NCBI GenBank assembly: GCA_031414775.1
Contig: JANOQI010000043.1
Coordinates: 1-38,279, forward strand
Direction: 5' to 3'
Origin: Synechococcales cyanobacterium VAR_4_metabat_354
Lineage (GTDB): Bacteria > Cyanobacteriota > Cyanobacteriia > Cyanobacteriales > Chamaesiphonaceae
Length of the DNA: 38,279 bases
The position numbers and the translations under genes are program-made. This document shows positions 10,097 through 21,011 of the stretch, piece by piece (the stretch's first letter is position 1; each line of letters starts with the position of its first letter). The notes beneath the pieces were generated by a model. The model was not told the origin of the DNA. It did not search any database and saw nothing but the letters and a program-made list of their open reading frames with translations.

Positions 10097-10921
10097 ATGA
10101 ACGAAGAATTTGCTAATCAAGATGACAATTTGCTGACTGTTGATCAAGCAATCGCCAATCTCCAAGGCGAAGATTTGGGACTGCGAATGTATGCAGCTTG
10201 GTGGCTAGGACGCTTTCGGGTGGATGATCCGACGGCGATCAATGTCTTGATGGCAGCACTAAATGATGAGGACGATCGGACTCAAATTGGTGGCTATCCC
10301 TTACGGCGCAATGCGGCGCGGGCTCTAGGGAAACTCGGTGATCAACGGGCAGTACCTGTTTTAATCGAAGCTTTGGCTTGCTCCGATTTTTATGTGCGGG
10401 AAGCCGCAGCTCAAGCCTTAGAAACCCTGGGCGATTTGGCTGGAGTGCCTACTTTATTGAAGCTGCTTCATAACCAAATTCCAGGCACACTACCAGCACC
10501 AGAGCCGCCTTGTCTAATTCAGCCCTACGATGCCATTCTAGAAGCCTTAGGCGATCTAGGGGATGTGCAGGTCATCGAAGATGTACGGCCTTTCTTAGAC
10601 CATGAAATTCCACGCATTCAATATGCTGCGGCGCGGGCAATGTATCAGCTCTCAGATGAGCCAGAAGCAAATCAGTATGGTGACAGGCTGATTCAAGCCT
10701 TATTAGGTAGCGAGCTACAACTCCGCCGCACAGCCTTGGCTGATTTAGGCGCGATCGGCTATTTGGCAGCGGCTAAACCCATTACCGAAACTTTAGCGGA
10801 AAATAGCTTAAAATTAATCTCCCTTAAAGGTTTATTAGAAAAACAACTCCAGCTCGAACCATTGCCTAGCTTATCGACAGGTGCGATTGAGGTGATGGCC
10901 TTGATGGATCAATTATTATAA
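10097..10921 (+). CDS. cpcE: Phycocyanin alpha-84 bilin lyase subunit (HEAT repeat)
   Basis: YAAWWLG, GGYPLRRNAARALGKLG, DFYVREAAAQAL, AENSLKLISLKGLLE. Confidence 0.92.
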   Translation: MNEEFANQDDNLLTVDQAIANLQGEDLGLRMYAAWWLGRFRVDDPTAINVLMAALNDEDDRTQIGGYPLRRNAARALGKLGDQRAVPVLIEALACSDFYVREAAAQALETLGDLAGVPTLLKLLHNQIPGTLPAPEPPCLIQPYDAILEALGDLGDVQVIEDVRPFLDHEIPRIQYAAARAMYQLSDEPEANQYGDRLIQALLGSELQLRRTALADLGAIGYLAAAKPITETLAENSLKLISLKGLLEKQLQLEPLPSLSTGAIEVMALMDQLL

Positions 10922-10945
10922 AAAATACTTAACCGTACTGCTCTC

Positions 10946-11755
10946 ATGTCGATCACCTCTAATCCCAACGAAGCTATCGATCGGCTGATCCGTGCCACCG
11001 AGGAAGCTGATTCAGCAACTCTGCTAGTGGCAGCAATGGAAAACTTGGCTGCCATCAACCACGTTGCAGCCGTTCCGACCATGATTTCAGCATTGAGTTA
11101 CAACAATCCTGGGGCGGCAGTAGCCGCAGTGGATGGTTTGATTCGGATTGGAGAACCAGCCGTAGGGCAGATTTTAACTCAGTTGGATGGCTATAACTAT
11201 ACGGCTCGCGCTTGGGCAATTCGCGCCTTAGCAGGTATCGGTGATCCTAGAGGTCTGGTTACATTACTGGGAGCAGCCACTGCTGATTTTGCATTGAGTG
11301 TGCGGCGGGCAGCGGCCAAAGGCTTAGGCACCATGAAGTGGCATTGGTTTCCTGCCGATCTTTTAGAAATTGCTCAAGAAGAAGCATTGGAAGCCCTACT
11401 GTTTGTGGCTCAGGAAGATGATGAATGGATCGTACGTTATTCCGCAGTCGCCGGTTTAGAAGCTTTGGCTGGGGCCATTAACAATTATCCAGAGTGGCAC
11501 GATCGCATCCAAAGCCAATTTAAGGCGCTGGCTGCTGAGGACAGTAGTTGGGCTGTCCGTGCTCGTGCTACCCAGGCTCAACGACCAGCCCAAATAGCTA
11601 TGGTGTCTAGCTCAGAACCGGCTCCCGAAATTAACTGGGAATCAATCCTCAATAATCTTTATGCCCGTAAAGACGAAGAACGATCAACTCTGGCCGAAGG
11701 CGACCCCCGCAAATATCGGGGTTTGGCTTGTGTGATCGAACCCGATCAACCCTAA
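10946..11755 (+). CDS. cpcF: Phycocyanin alpha-84 bilin lyase subunit with C-terminal extension
   Basis: LSYNNPGAAVAAVDGL, LDGYNYTARAWAIRALAGIGDPRGL, SVRRAAAKGLG. Confidence 0.9.
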   Translation: MSITSNPNEAIDRLIRATEEADSATLLVAAMENLAAINHVAAVPTMISALSYNNPGAAVAAVDGLIRIGEPAVGQILTQLDGYNYTARAWAIRALAGIGDPRGLVTLLGAATADFALSVRRAAAKGLGTMKWHWFPADLLEIAQEEALEALLFVAQEDDEWIVRYSAVAGLEALAGAINNYPEWHDRIQSQFKALAAEDSSWAVRARATQAQRPAQIAMVSSSEPAPEINWESILNNLYARKDEERSTLAEGDPRKYRGLACVIEPDQP

Positions 11756-11791
11756 AACTTCTACTTTTTAATATTTATTTAGGAAAAAACT

Positions 11792-12016
11792 ATGACAGAA
11801 TCTACTACCCCAGCTGATTTACAAGAATTAGTAGATGCAATCGCGGCTTTAGAAGAATATCGAGAGCGGTTAGTTGCTGACACCATGACAATGGCTCAGC
11901 GCGCCAAAATCACTAAGTCTCAAGTGATGGCCAACCTGGAACCAGAATTACAGCAAATCGATAACACCCTGCAACAACTGCGCGACCAACAAACCTCTCT
12001 AGCTGGTAGCAACTAA
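11792..12016 (+). CDS. Small coiled-coil hypothetical protein
   Basis: 74 aa, AGGA RBS, heptad pattern, co-oriented within the lyase operon. Confidence 0.75.
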   Translation: MTESTTPADLQELVDAIAALEEYRERLVADTMTMAQRAKITKSQVMANLEPELQQIDNTLQQLRDQQTSLAGSN

Positions 12017-12073
12017 AATTGCCACAATTCCGCAGAAATTTGCAGGCAGAAAATATTTTCTTAAATTGCAACC

Positions 12074-12964
12074 ATGACCAACAGCACTCCAGCTAGCCAA
12101 CTCACCCCCGCTCAAATCGAAACCGATGCATTTCTACAACTGGTTACAGATCAAATCAGCTTCGATGAATTTGACAACAACCAAGACACCATTCAACGAA
12201 TCATTGTCGAAGGATTAGGCGATACCAGGGGCATGGTTCGGCTACGCGCTGCCCAAGTGCTAGGTGAAGTTGGCCAACCCGCCACAGCCTTATTGATAAA
12301 AGCAATCACCCACAATCCTAATGTCACGATCCGCCGTGCCGTGGCTAAAACTATGGCCTTAATTGAAGATCCTGATTCTGTACCTGCCTTGCTCCATGCC
12401 TTTTTAACCGATGAAGATACGGTAGTGCATGGTTCTTCCGTCGGTGCTTTGGCGCGGATTGGTAGCGTGGCCGTTCCGGCTTTACTAAAAATTGTAGCCA
12501 ACCCCGATAGCCCAGAAACTACTAAAGGTCACGCTTCCTGGGCTTTGGCCTTTATTGGTAACGAAGCCGCCGAACATCTCTATCCGGCCTTGAAATCTGA
12601 TTCGATCGATGTCCGCTGTGCAGTGGTGAGTGCGATCGCTCATGTCGCACAAGAAAAAGGGGATACCCAAGCTTGTCAAGTATTAGTAAATGCTCTGACT
12701 GACCCCGCTGCCTTGATTCGGAATGAAGCAGCAGCGGCTCTGAGTCAAATTAATTATCCGCCAGCGATTCCGCACCTAATTCTGGCTACCAAAGATAACG
12801 ATGGCGAGGTCAGGAAGGCGGCGGTGAGTTCTTTGGGACGAGTAGGGAATGAAAGTGCGATCGAACCCCTCCAAACAGCGATGAGCGATGAATTGGAAGT
12901 AGTTAGGGTGCTGGCCAAATTAGCCCTGCGGCAGTTAGAAAATCGACTGGCCAATGACGAATAA
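12074..12964 (+). CDS. cpeF: Phycoerythrin beta-50/61 bilin lyase, CpeF/MpeV family (HEAT repeat)
   Basis: LGDTRGMVRL, DEDTVVHGSSVGALA, KGHASWALAFIG. Confidence 0.78.
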   Translation: MTNSTPASQLTPAQIETDAFLQLVTDQISFDEFDNNQDTIQRIIVEGLGDTRGMVRLRAAQVLGEVGQPATALLIKAITHNPNVTIRRAVAKTMALIEDPDSVPALLHAFLTDEDTVVHGSSVGALARIGSVAVPALLKIVANPDSPETTKGHASWALAFIGNEAAEHLYPALKSDSIDVRCAVVSAIAHVAQEKGDTQACQVLVNALTDPAALIRNEAAAALSQINYPPAIPHLILATKDNDGEVRKAAVSSLGRVGNESAIEPLQTAMSDELEVVRVLAKLALRQLENRLANDE

Positions 12965-13000
12965 AAGAGTAGGAGCCTTAACCCAGGCTCCTACTCTTTT
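12963..13000. terminator. Bidirectional intrinsic terminator between convergent cpeF and cpcG
   Basis: aaaagagtaggagcct-taaccc-aggctcctactctttt, perfect 16-bp inverted repeat. Confidence 0.88.
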
Positions 13001-13021
13001 AAGAATATTTCGTGCTTAGAT

Positions 13022-13783
13022 TTAGTAATCTAGTTTCCGGTAAGGAACAGAACGAGCAATATCAATGTTCTGAGCCGAAACAGTTTGTGGTGCATTACCA
13101 GTAGCACCGACATTCCGCGCCATATTTAAGAAATTAGCAGGGCTACCAGCCTTAGCTTTTTGATCTTGAGGCGTATAGGTTTTAACCGTAGACTGCCAAA
13201 TAGACTTGGGAAAGCCCAATTGCCGACGGTGGTAAGCATCGTAGCGCGGAGACTTGATGTTGAAAGGTAGCTCACCTTGAGCACGACCAGGTAAAACCCG
13301 ACGCAATTGGTAAGGTAGAACATCATAGCCAAAAGCATTCATGTATTCAGTGCTATTCAACAGCTCATCGACAAAGCCTTTGATGCCTTTGTTCACGACG
13401 ACGATCGACCAAGCGATCTTTTCAGCTTCACTGTAGACATCACGACCCAGAACCCGCTGAACAGTTTGCTCTACAAACCGATAGTTATTGTTCTTGTCAA
13501 AGAAACTGCGTCTGTAGGTATCCGATAAAACCAAGCCCCGCACGAAATCACGCACGGTGATTTGGCCGCTACGCAGTTGAGATTCTAGGAATGGCTCGCG
13601 ATCAGAAGCAAAAGCGTGAAAAAACAGCTGACGGTAAGCCGCTTCGATCAGATTAGTCAGATCGCCATCCGACAAAATGTTTTCAGTGGAATAAATTCTG
13701 GATTGTTCGTCGCTCGCTACTTCAAACCCTTTGACTCGTTGGTTCTGAGAGGAGGGCTTATATGCTAAAAGAGGAATTGCCAC
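13022..13783 (-). CDS. cpcG: Phycobilisome rod-core linker
   Basis: [45 protein letters not shown]; hydrophilic C-terminus, so not CpcL; GTG start with GGAG RBS. Confidence 0.93.
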   Translation of the reverse strand: MAIPLLAYKPSSQNQRVKGFEVASDEQSRIYSTENILSDGDLTNLIEAAYRQLFFHAFASDREPFLESQLRSGQITVRDFVRGLVLSDTYRRSFFDKNNNYRFVEQTVQRVLGRDVYSEAEKIAWSIVVVNKGIKGFVDELLNSTEYMNAFGYDVLPYQLRRVLPGRAQGELPFNIKSPRYDAYHRRQLGFPKSIWQSTVKTYTPQDQKAKAGSPANFLNMARNVGATGNAPQTVSAQNIDIARSVPYRKLDY

Positions 13784-13959
13784 GCTATAAAATCTCCTTT
13801 AAATTTTCTATCTAGATTTCACAAATTTACCACCAATCATAAGGGTTTAGATATCCATCATTCGCTTTAGTCTAATAAAACACATATAACTTAATTTGAT
13901 TGACTTTTCGGCCTGTAAAGATTACAGAGCAAGGGTTTCCGCCTGAAAGTAAGCCAATA

Positions 13960-14553
13960 CTAACAATCTTTTCCTTGCCACCAAGTCCAAGAGTCTAAAA
14001 TGATTTGGCAAGCGGGATACAGGCGCAAGCCATTTTTCTGTCCTAGTTCAATTTCTGGCAATTCTAGTGAAAGTCCCCGACACAAGTGAATGAGAGCTGC
14101 CGCAAAATCTTGATGGTGCCCAGGAGAGCCAGCATGAGCATGAGCATATTCATGTGTCACCAATGCCAACCAATCAACGGGTGCTACCCGCCCTAAATCG
14201 ACTAGCAGGGTAGTCGGCTGTGTCTGGAGGTTACAGAGTCCACAAATGTTGTAAGACTGCGTCAGTGGAGCCGCCCAGATTTGGATTTGTGGTCGGCTGG
14301 TTTCATGAAAGCAATCATGGCAAGCTTGTACCAGAGTTTGCAGCTCGGCATTCACCTGATCGATATTGGCACCAATCCAAGTAGCAACCGGTATGCGGAG
14401 AACTGGATCATGCATTACGTCGATCATTTCAGGATCGATCGCCAAGCTCCGCAAACCATAAAGGTAATCAAGCCCACGGGTAAAAGGATCGCTGCTAGTA
14501 GTAAGGATCAGGCTGTTAACCGAAGGCCGAGAAGTATTGGGAAGAATCGGCAT
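13960..14553 (-). CDS. Hypothetical protein with an HExxH motif (putative zinc metallopeptidase); start uncertain
   Basis: LVTHEYAHAHAGSPGHHQDF; CGLC motif; overlaps the cpcS 3' end. Confidence 0.6.
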   Translation of the reverse strand: MPILPNTSRPSVNSLILTTSSDPFTRGLDYLYGLRSLAIDPEMIDVMHDPVLRIPVATWIGANIDQVNAELQTLVQACHDCFHETSRPQIQIWAAPLTQSYNICGLCNLQTQPTTLLVDLGRVAPVDWLALVTHEYAHAHAGSPGHHQDFAAALIHLCRGLSLELPEIELGQKNGLRLYPACQIILDSWTWWQGKDC

Positions 14554-15094
14554 TTTCTTCGACACTGGTATCATCATCAACCCGAAACTCGGTACAAAAA
14601 GTAGCAGTGCTAAAGCCGCCAAAACGTTTGACGGTGCTAGTCCGCATTCTCAGGTCGTTGCTAGGAAAAGAGAAGCGTTCGACAGCGCTCATGCTGTCGT
14701 AGTCGGTAGTCAGGACTAAGCAGTTTTGGTCATCCATTTCATATTGGCCAGCCACTGGCACAATTTCGGCGTAGCCCCGTTCGCGCAGCAAGATACCTTG
14801 GTGGCCAGTAGCATCGCTGGGAACGAGGGCAAAAACGGTAGTACCTTCGTGGTTTTCATCAGATTTATCCCAACCCATGGAACCTTGCCAGCTGACATAA
14901 GCGCCGCCGACAGCAGTCGCTGGATCGTGCTCATGCATTTGACAGATCTCAATAATTCTGGGATCGGAGGCCGGTAAGGCTTCGACATAGATTTCGGATT
15001 CACCGGATTCAGTACGTTTGAAGGCTAAATGATGGGTGGTGCGCTGCGATCGCCATTTGCCGGTGCTGTGCTGAAAAAACTCCATTGCGTTCAT
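14516..15094 (-). CDS. cpcS: S-type phycobiliprotein lyase
   Basis: MEFFQHSTGKWRSQRTTHHLAF, LLRERGYAE, VKRFGGFSTATFCTE. Confidence 0.88.
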   Translation of the reverse strand: MNAMEFFQHSTGKWRSQRTTHHLAFKRTESGESEIYVEALPASDPRIIEICQMHEHDPATAVGGAYVSWQGSMGWDKSDENHEGTTVFALVPSDATGHQGILLRERGYAEIVPVAGQYEMDDQNCLVLTTDYDSMSAVERFSFPSNDLRMRTSTVKRFGGFSTATFCTEFRVDDDTSVEENADSSQYFSAFG

Positions 15095-15260
15095 AAAAAT
15101 CTCGCTTCCAAAATACTTTTTAAATACTGAATAATGGCCTTGATTGAGTGCTAGCCAAGGTTTCAGACTAGCAAACACTCCTAATTTATCTCAATTCCAG
15201 AAATTATGCATTGCTGGCCAGCTGTCTCAAAATTGCCTTGAGAATATCGGTCTGCAAATG

Positions 15261-15305
15261 GTAACTTTAGATACTTGTCAAACACCCTTAACAATCGTTA
15301 ACATT
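15261..15305 (+). promoter_or_regulatory. NtcA site plus HLR1-like direct repeat upstream of nblA
   Basis: GTA-ACTTTAGA-TAC (15261-15274); TTAACAAT-CG-TTAACATT (15288-15305). Confidence 0.65.
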
Positions 15306-15335
15306 AGGTATAGAATTCACTGGAGAAAAGAAACA

Positions 15336-15512
15336 ATGAATCTCCCACTAGAACTCAGTATGGAGCAACAGTTTAACCTCAGAATGTACGAAGGACAGGT
15401 CAAAGATCTGAGTAGCGAACAAGCTCAAAACTTTTTGCTCGAAGTAATGCGCCAACTAATGATCAAAGAAAATGTGATTAAACATCTGATGAAAGGCAGC
15501 GTAAATATTTAA
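15336..15512 (+). CDS. nblA: Phycobilisome degradation adaptor
   Basis: LSMEQQFNL ... EQAQNFL ... RQLMIKEN; 58 aa; GGAG RBS. Confidence 0.93.
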   Translation: MNLPLELSMEQQFNLRMYEGQVKDLSSEQAQNFLLEVMRQLMIKENVIKHLMKGSVNI

Positions 15513-15590
15513 CTAATTGTTGGCTTTCACTCTCATCACAAAAATATATTCCCTGTCCAGAAAGCTTTTGGATGGGGACTTCTGCATCCA

Positions 15591-15618
15591 ATGTTACGGA
15601 TTGTTGCTTTGTTTCTCA
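15591..15618 (+). promoter_or_regulatory. N-box-like direct repeat upstream of cpeB
   Basis: ATGTTA-CGGA-TTGTTG resembles the TTGTTA-N4-TTGTTA N-box of Fremyella cpeBA. Confidence 0.72.
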
Positions 15619-15664
15619 TAAGCGAGACTCCAGCTATGTTCATCACATATTCTCAGAGATGTAA

Positions 15665-16808
<1,144 letters not shown>

Positions 16809-16848
16809 TTCGACTACTGGTTAGTCTGAACACAAGGCCATAGCTGAT

Positions 16849-16885
16849 AAACCTGGAGAATCTTATGATTAAGATCTCCAGGTTT
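16849..16885 (+). terminator. Stem-loop after cpeA
   Basis: aaacctggaga-atctta ... taagat-ctccaggttt followed by T-rich sequence. Confidence 0.75.
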
Positions 16886-16910
16886 GTTTTTTATAAAAAG
16901 ATTTTTTTCT

Positions 16911-18179
16911 ATGGATAAGCGCTTTGCTAACATGTTCAATTTGAGTGAGGAGCAGGCCATTACGGTCTTAGATACTCCGCAGAATCAAATTGGTGAAGAC
17001 GACTCGCGCTACATTGCCGCTTCACATTTAATTAATTACCCATCAGAACGATCGATCGATGCCCTGATCCGCGCGGTTCTAAACACTGACCAAGAACTAG
17101 ATAACCGGATTGTGCGGCGGAAGTCGATTGAAACCCTGGGACGATTGCAAGCCACCCAAGCCCTGCCGATCATCCGGGACTGTTTAGCTGATGATGATTG
17201 CTACACCGTGGAAAATGCGGTGTGGTCGATCGGCGAAATTGGCACCACCGATCCAGAAATCTTGGCTGAAATCACCGAACTCCTGGCCAAGCCCCGCCAA
17301 AGCTACCGGGTGATCATTCACACCCTGATCAAACTGGATTATGCGCCTGCCGTTAGCGAAATTCAGAAGTTTGTGGATAGTGAAGATGGTCCGATCGCTA
17401 GTGCAGCAATTGCGGCGGTGGGTCGGTTTGCCCAAGACTACAGCCAAATCGAAAAAGTCCTATCTTTCCTCCAACATCCCCAAGTCTTGGCGCGGCGATT
17501 GTGCATTCAAGATCTCATCGATGCCAAATATTACACCGCCATTCCCCACATTGCTTACTGTCCAGTATCGATCGTCTTTCGGCTGCGCGGTGTTAGGTTA
17601 CTCGCAGATGCTGGCATGGCCGAAGGTGCGATCGCCTTTACCGATGTTCAGCCTCACCTAGAAAAAGTCCTGCGTGATCATCCCGAAGATCTCAAACTAG
17701 TGCATAGCTACGGCCAAACCCCGACCTTAGACACCCTCATTCGCGATCTTTATGATGTGGACTTTGGCCGCTGTTATCTGGCCATTCAATTAATTCTTCA
17801 GCACTACGCTGCCGAAGCACCAGCGGCGCTATTTGCTACCTATAAAGCCGAAGCTCACAACGACTATGGCGCTCATTTCCATGTAGTGAAACTGTTCGGC
17901 TGGCTGAAACATGCCCCGGCCTATGACTTGATTGTAGAAGCCCTCCATAATACCCAGCCCCAATTCCAAAAGTCCCGTGCTGCCGCTGCGATCGCCTTGG
18001 GTGAATTGGGTGATACCCGCGCAATTCCTGAGCTGAAAAAGAGCTTAGAAGGAAGAATATGGGATTTGAAATACGCCGCGCTGATCGCTTTAGAAAAACT
18101 GGGCGACAATAGTGGAAATCAAATTGTGAGTAATGACCCAGATTGGTTGGTGAAAGCCAAAGCTATCAGCAATTCTTAA
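16911..18179 (+). CDS. cpeY: Phycoerythrin alpha-82 bilin lyase
   Basis: MDKRF start, RYIAASHL, DFGRCYLA, NDYGAHFHVVKLFGW; directly follows cpeBA. Confidence 0.93.
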   Translation: MDKRFANMFNLSEEQAITVLDTPQNQIGEDDSRYIAASHLINYPSERSIDALIRAVLNTDQELDNRIVRRKSIETLGRLQATQALPIIRDCLADDDCYTVENAVWSIGEIGTTDPEILAEITELLAKPRQSYRVIIHTLIKLDYAPAVSEIQKFVDSEDGPIASAAIAAVGRFAQDYSQIEKVLSFLQHPQVLARRLCIQDLIDAKYYTAIPHIAYCPVSIVFRLRGVRLLADAGMAEGAIAFTDVQPHLEKVLRDHPEDLKLVHSYGQTPTLDTLIRDLYDVDFGRCYLAIQLILQHYAAEAPAALFATYKAEAHNDYGAHFHVVKLFGWLKHAPAYDLIVEALHNTQPQFQKSRAAAAIALGELGDTRAIPELKKSLEGRIWDLKYAALIALEKLGDNSGNQIVSNDPDWLVKAKAISNS

Positions 18180-18220
18180 CCGTTTTTCCAGATCAATTTA
18201 ATAATTTTTTCTAAAATCCG

Positions 18221-18832
18221 ATGACTCAAGATAATCTGTTCGCTCAACTCAAACATCCTAATCCCCATCTGCGCGATCGAGCGATGTTGGAAATTGCCGA
18301 AACCCGCGATGCTGAAACTATCTCTAAACTCATGAGCGCCCTCGATGATGAGGACGTGGTCTATCGACGAGCCGCCGTCAAAGCCCTGGGAATGATTGGC
18401 CAAGATGCCGTGCCCAGTATTGTAGATGGCATGTTGCACAGCGAAAACATTACGGTCAAAGGCAGCTGTGTGAAGGCTTTAACCCAAGTAGCGCTGAACT
18501 ATCCGGAGCTACCTTTCCCAGCGGCGGGTCTTCAGGGTTTAAAGCAATCGATGCAAGACCCGAACCCAGTAGTCTACATCGCAGCGGTGATGACCTTGGG
18601 CGAAATTGGAGTGGAGGGTCTTGATATTTTGACAGAAGCTTTAGCTGTTACAGACAATCCAGCCTTGGGGGTATCGATCGTCAATGCCTTGGCCTCGATC
18701 GGAGATGTGCGCAGTGCTGAGGTGTTGAATAAGGTGGTAAATGATGAGTCGGCGGATTCTTATGTGAAGGAAACGGCGATTAGTGCTTTGTCCAGATTGG
18801 AGCTGGTGGCCAAGTACAAGCGAATTGAATAG
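18221..18832 (+). CDS. cpeZ: Phycoerythrin lyase-associated HEAT protein
   Basis: LKHPNPHLR, DVVYRRAAVKALG, DPNPVVYIAAVMTLGEIG. Confidence 0.93.
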   Translation: MTQDNLFAQLKHPNPHLRDRAMLEIAETRDAETISKLMSALDDEDVVYRRAAVKALGMIGQDAVPSIVDGMLHSENITVKGSCVKALTQVALNYPELPFPAAGLQGLKQSMQDPNPVVYIAAVMTLGEIGVEGLDILTEALAVTDNPALGVSIVNALASIGDVRSAEVLNKVVNDESADSYVKETAISALSRLELVAKYKRIE

Positions 18833-18944
18833 CTTAATATCATTAAACTTTAATGGTATTAAGCCTTATAAAATATAGAAACAACAGAACGACTTTAAGC
18901 AATATTCTCAAAGTCGTTCTTTTAGATATTAAAAACGAAGTGTG

Positions 18945-19040
18945 TCAATTAGAAGAAGATTGACGGGTGGAGTACTTAGCGTTTTCCCAAAACTTCTGAC
19001 GCTCTTGATAGGTCATATGAGAGCGATCGCATATTGTCAT
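18945..19040 (-). CDS. Possible 31-aa peptide downstream of the GNAT-like gene
   Basis: MTICDRSHMTYQERQKFWENAKYSTRQSSSN; ends just before the hairpin at about 18888-18918. Confidence 0.35.
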   Translation of the reverse strand: MTICDRSHMTYQERQKFWENAKYSTRQSSSN

Positions 19041-19071
19041 AACATCCGATGGAGATTCGGTGTAAGCAACC

Positions 19072-19656
19072 TCATGCAGGGAGTTCAATTGCTTCTCCGT
19101 ATCTGCTTTTGATTTCACTGAGGAACTCGACGGCTTGACCGTTTGAAAACCTGAAAGCATAACCCTCCTCGTAGGGACTAATCGTAGTCCAATGAAGCCC
19201 TTCCATTTTAACCTGGTCTCGGTAATATGGAATCGCTGATTCTACTGATATTAATACCAGTACAGACCCATTACTGTCTCCGCTGCAACCAAATTCCAAG
19301 CACATTTTAACTGCATACCATAGCAACCACATACCTACTGGAGATGCGTTTCTAGTCTCCTTTGGGAGAGATTCGAGATTTAGAATTTCAGTAACTTTAG
19401 GTATTCCACTTGGTGAAGGGTAAGGATACAAGGCAAATTTTATAACCCCTTGAATCTTGCCCTGGTAAGTTAGTTTCACTAGTGCTTCACAATCGAAGTC
19501 TGTATTACTCCATAATTTTGTCCAATCGCACTGGAAACCTGGCAAAAGAGATATTTCATTGATGTCACTTTTATTAGCTTCTGAAAGGTAGGCATCATCT
19601 ACCAAGTTATCTTTTAAGATTTTGACTACATAGGTAGGAATGCGGCTTTCGGACAT
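19072..19656 (-). CDS. Putative GNAT-fold protein
   Basis: IQGVI ... ILNLESLP ... VGMWLLWYAV ... G ... LVLISVESAIPYY resembles GNAT motifs A/B. Confidence 0.6.
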   Translation of the reverse strand: MSESRIPTYVVKILKDNLVDDAYLSEANKSDINEISLLPGFQCDWTKLWSNTDFDCEALVKLTYQGKIQGVIKFALYPYPSPSGIPKVTEILNLESLPKETRNASPVGMWLLWYAVKMCLEFGCSGDSNGSVLVLISVESAIPYYRDQVKMEGLHWTTISPYEEGYAFRFSNGQAVEFLSEIKSRYGEAIELPA

Positions 19657-19841
19657 CTAGATTGACTGAATTATTAGTGTGATTTGGCTTAGAATACTTT
19701 CGTAGTCTACCATTTACGTATTCATTAGTACAAAATGTATATACTGTTTTAGCCCAAAAAAAAGCTCTTCCCGGCTTAAAAACACCGAAAATGCCCTAAA
19801 ATCAGACAAGCCACGCTCAGATTTTTCGCGATCTGCGTGAC

Positions 19842-20891
19842 TTGTCTTTAAACATATTGTTAGTGCCTACAAGAATTCAAAGTTCTATGTATGCCAATAA
19901 TTCTATGATACCTGATTCCAATCCTAAAATTGTCATTCACGCTCCCCTCTGTCGCACGACTTGGGGAAAGCTTTATTACTATTTTAGATCTTTGGATCCA
20001 TCTGGTTCGGGACAAGTCACTTGCGCGCGTGGTGAACTACTCACCTTTTTTAATATCGATAACTCCACTTTGTACCGCTGGCTCCGCCAAGGGCACAAGG
20101 ATGGAGCATTTCGCTATTACAGCCGTAGCAAAGAGCAATTTCTCGTTTGCCTCGGTTCTAAAAGTGTGGTTACGTTCAATCTGGGTTTATCTAATTGGGG
20201 CGCTGCAACTGTCATTGTGCGCTCCGATCTCGGCCAGCCCAACTTCTTGGATCAGGTGACTGCCCAACAAGTTTATTGGCTCCAGCGCCGATCAAGAACT
20301 GCCGCCGTCAGGCGGGCCAAAGCTGACCGAATTAGAAACCCAAGCCTAGCCAAAATCGATCTAAGCAGGGCAACGGATAAGCCGACCTTGCAGTTTTTCC
20401 GAAACAAAATTCCCCATGGCGCTAGCCAAAAAGGAGTTGGTAATACTCTCAATATCAACAAACGTACTGTGCGGCGACATTTAAAACCCGTCCGGCGCGT
20501 CCAACAAGTCCACAAAATTCCTTACAACAAAGGTTGGGCACATATCCAAATGGCTGGTGAAAACGGAAATAAGCCTAAATGCTTTATTCGCGGCCAAGAA
20601 GCTTATGCCTATGGCTGTAATATCTACGATCTAGCTTTTGATCAACGTTCTGAAACCACCCAAAGAATGAAGTATATGTTTTTCTTATGCAAACTTTTTC
20701 GGCGGCTACGGACTATCGATCATAATGATTGCTTATCGATCGATCAGATTATTCAGTTGTGGGATAAATCTTCTTTCTGTAAAGATCTGGCTATTAAAGA
20801 TTTTGTTGATATTAGATCTTTTACTGACTTTAAGAAGAAAAGACAAGCTGTACTTAGAGAAGATCGGAGAAGAGTAAAGATGGGTAAATGA
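19842..20891 (+). CDS. Basic protein with two HTH-like segments; start uncertain (possibly 19887)
   Basis: FNIDNSTLYRWLRQG and SQKGVGNTLNINKRTVRRHL; long ORF, Arg/Lys-rich. Confidence 0.65.
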   Translation: MSLNILLVPTRIQSSMYANNSMIPDSNPKIVIHAPLCRTTWGKLYYYFRSLDPSGSGQVTCARGELLTFFNIDNSTLYRWLRQGHKDGAFRYYSRSKEQFLVCLGSKSVVTFNLGLSNWGAATVIVRSDLGQPNFLDQVTAQQVYWLQRRSRTAAVRRAKADRIRNPSLAKIDLSRATDKPTLQFFRNKIPHGASQKGVGNTLNINKRTVRRHLKPVRRVQQVHKIPYNKGWAHIQMAGENGNKPKCFIRGQEAYAYGCNIYDLAFDQRSETTQRMKYMFFLCKLFRRLRTIDHNDCLSIDQIIQLWDKSSFCKDLAIKDFVDIRSFTDFKKKRQAVLREDRRRVKMGK

Positions 20892-21011
20892 TAAATAAAT
20901 AAAATACTAATATAATAAATAGGGCTGTAGTCAAGGATAGCGACGGACAGGCCAAGTCGGACAAAAACGAGATCGCATTATTTAAACAGAATTGTTTTAA
21001 TAGTCTAATTT

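Noticed and set aside
13022..13783. CpcL membrane-anchored linker
   Set aside because: No hydrophobic C-terminal helix.
15144..15335. Long N-terminal extensions in the ORF track (nblA, also cpcS, cpeY, cpeU, cpeC, mazF, paralog 3)
   Set aside because: Downstream ATGs match the family N-termini, several with a clear RBS; the extensions mostly cover promoter DNA or the adjacent gene.
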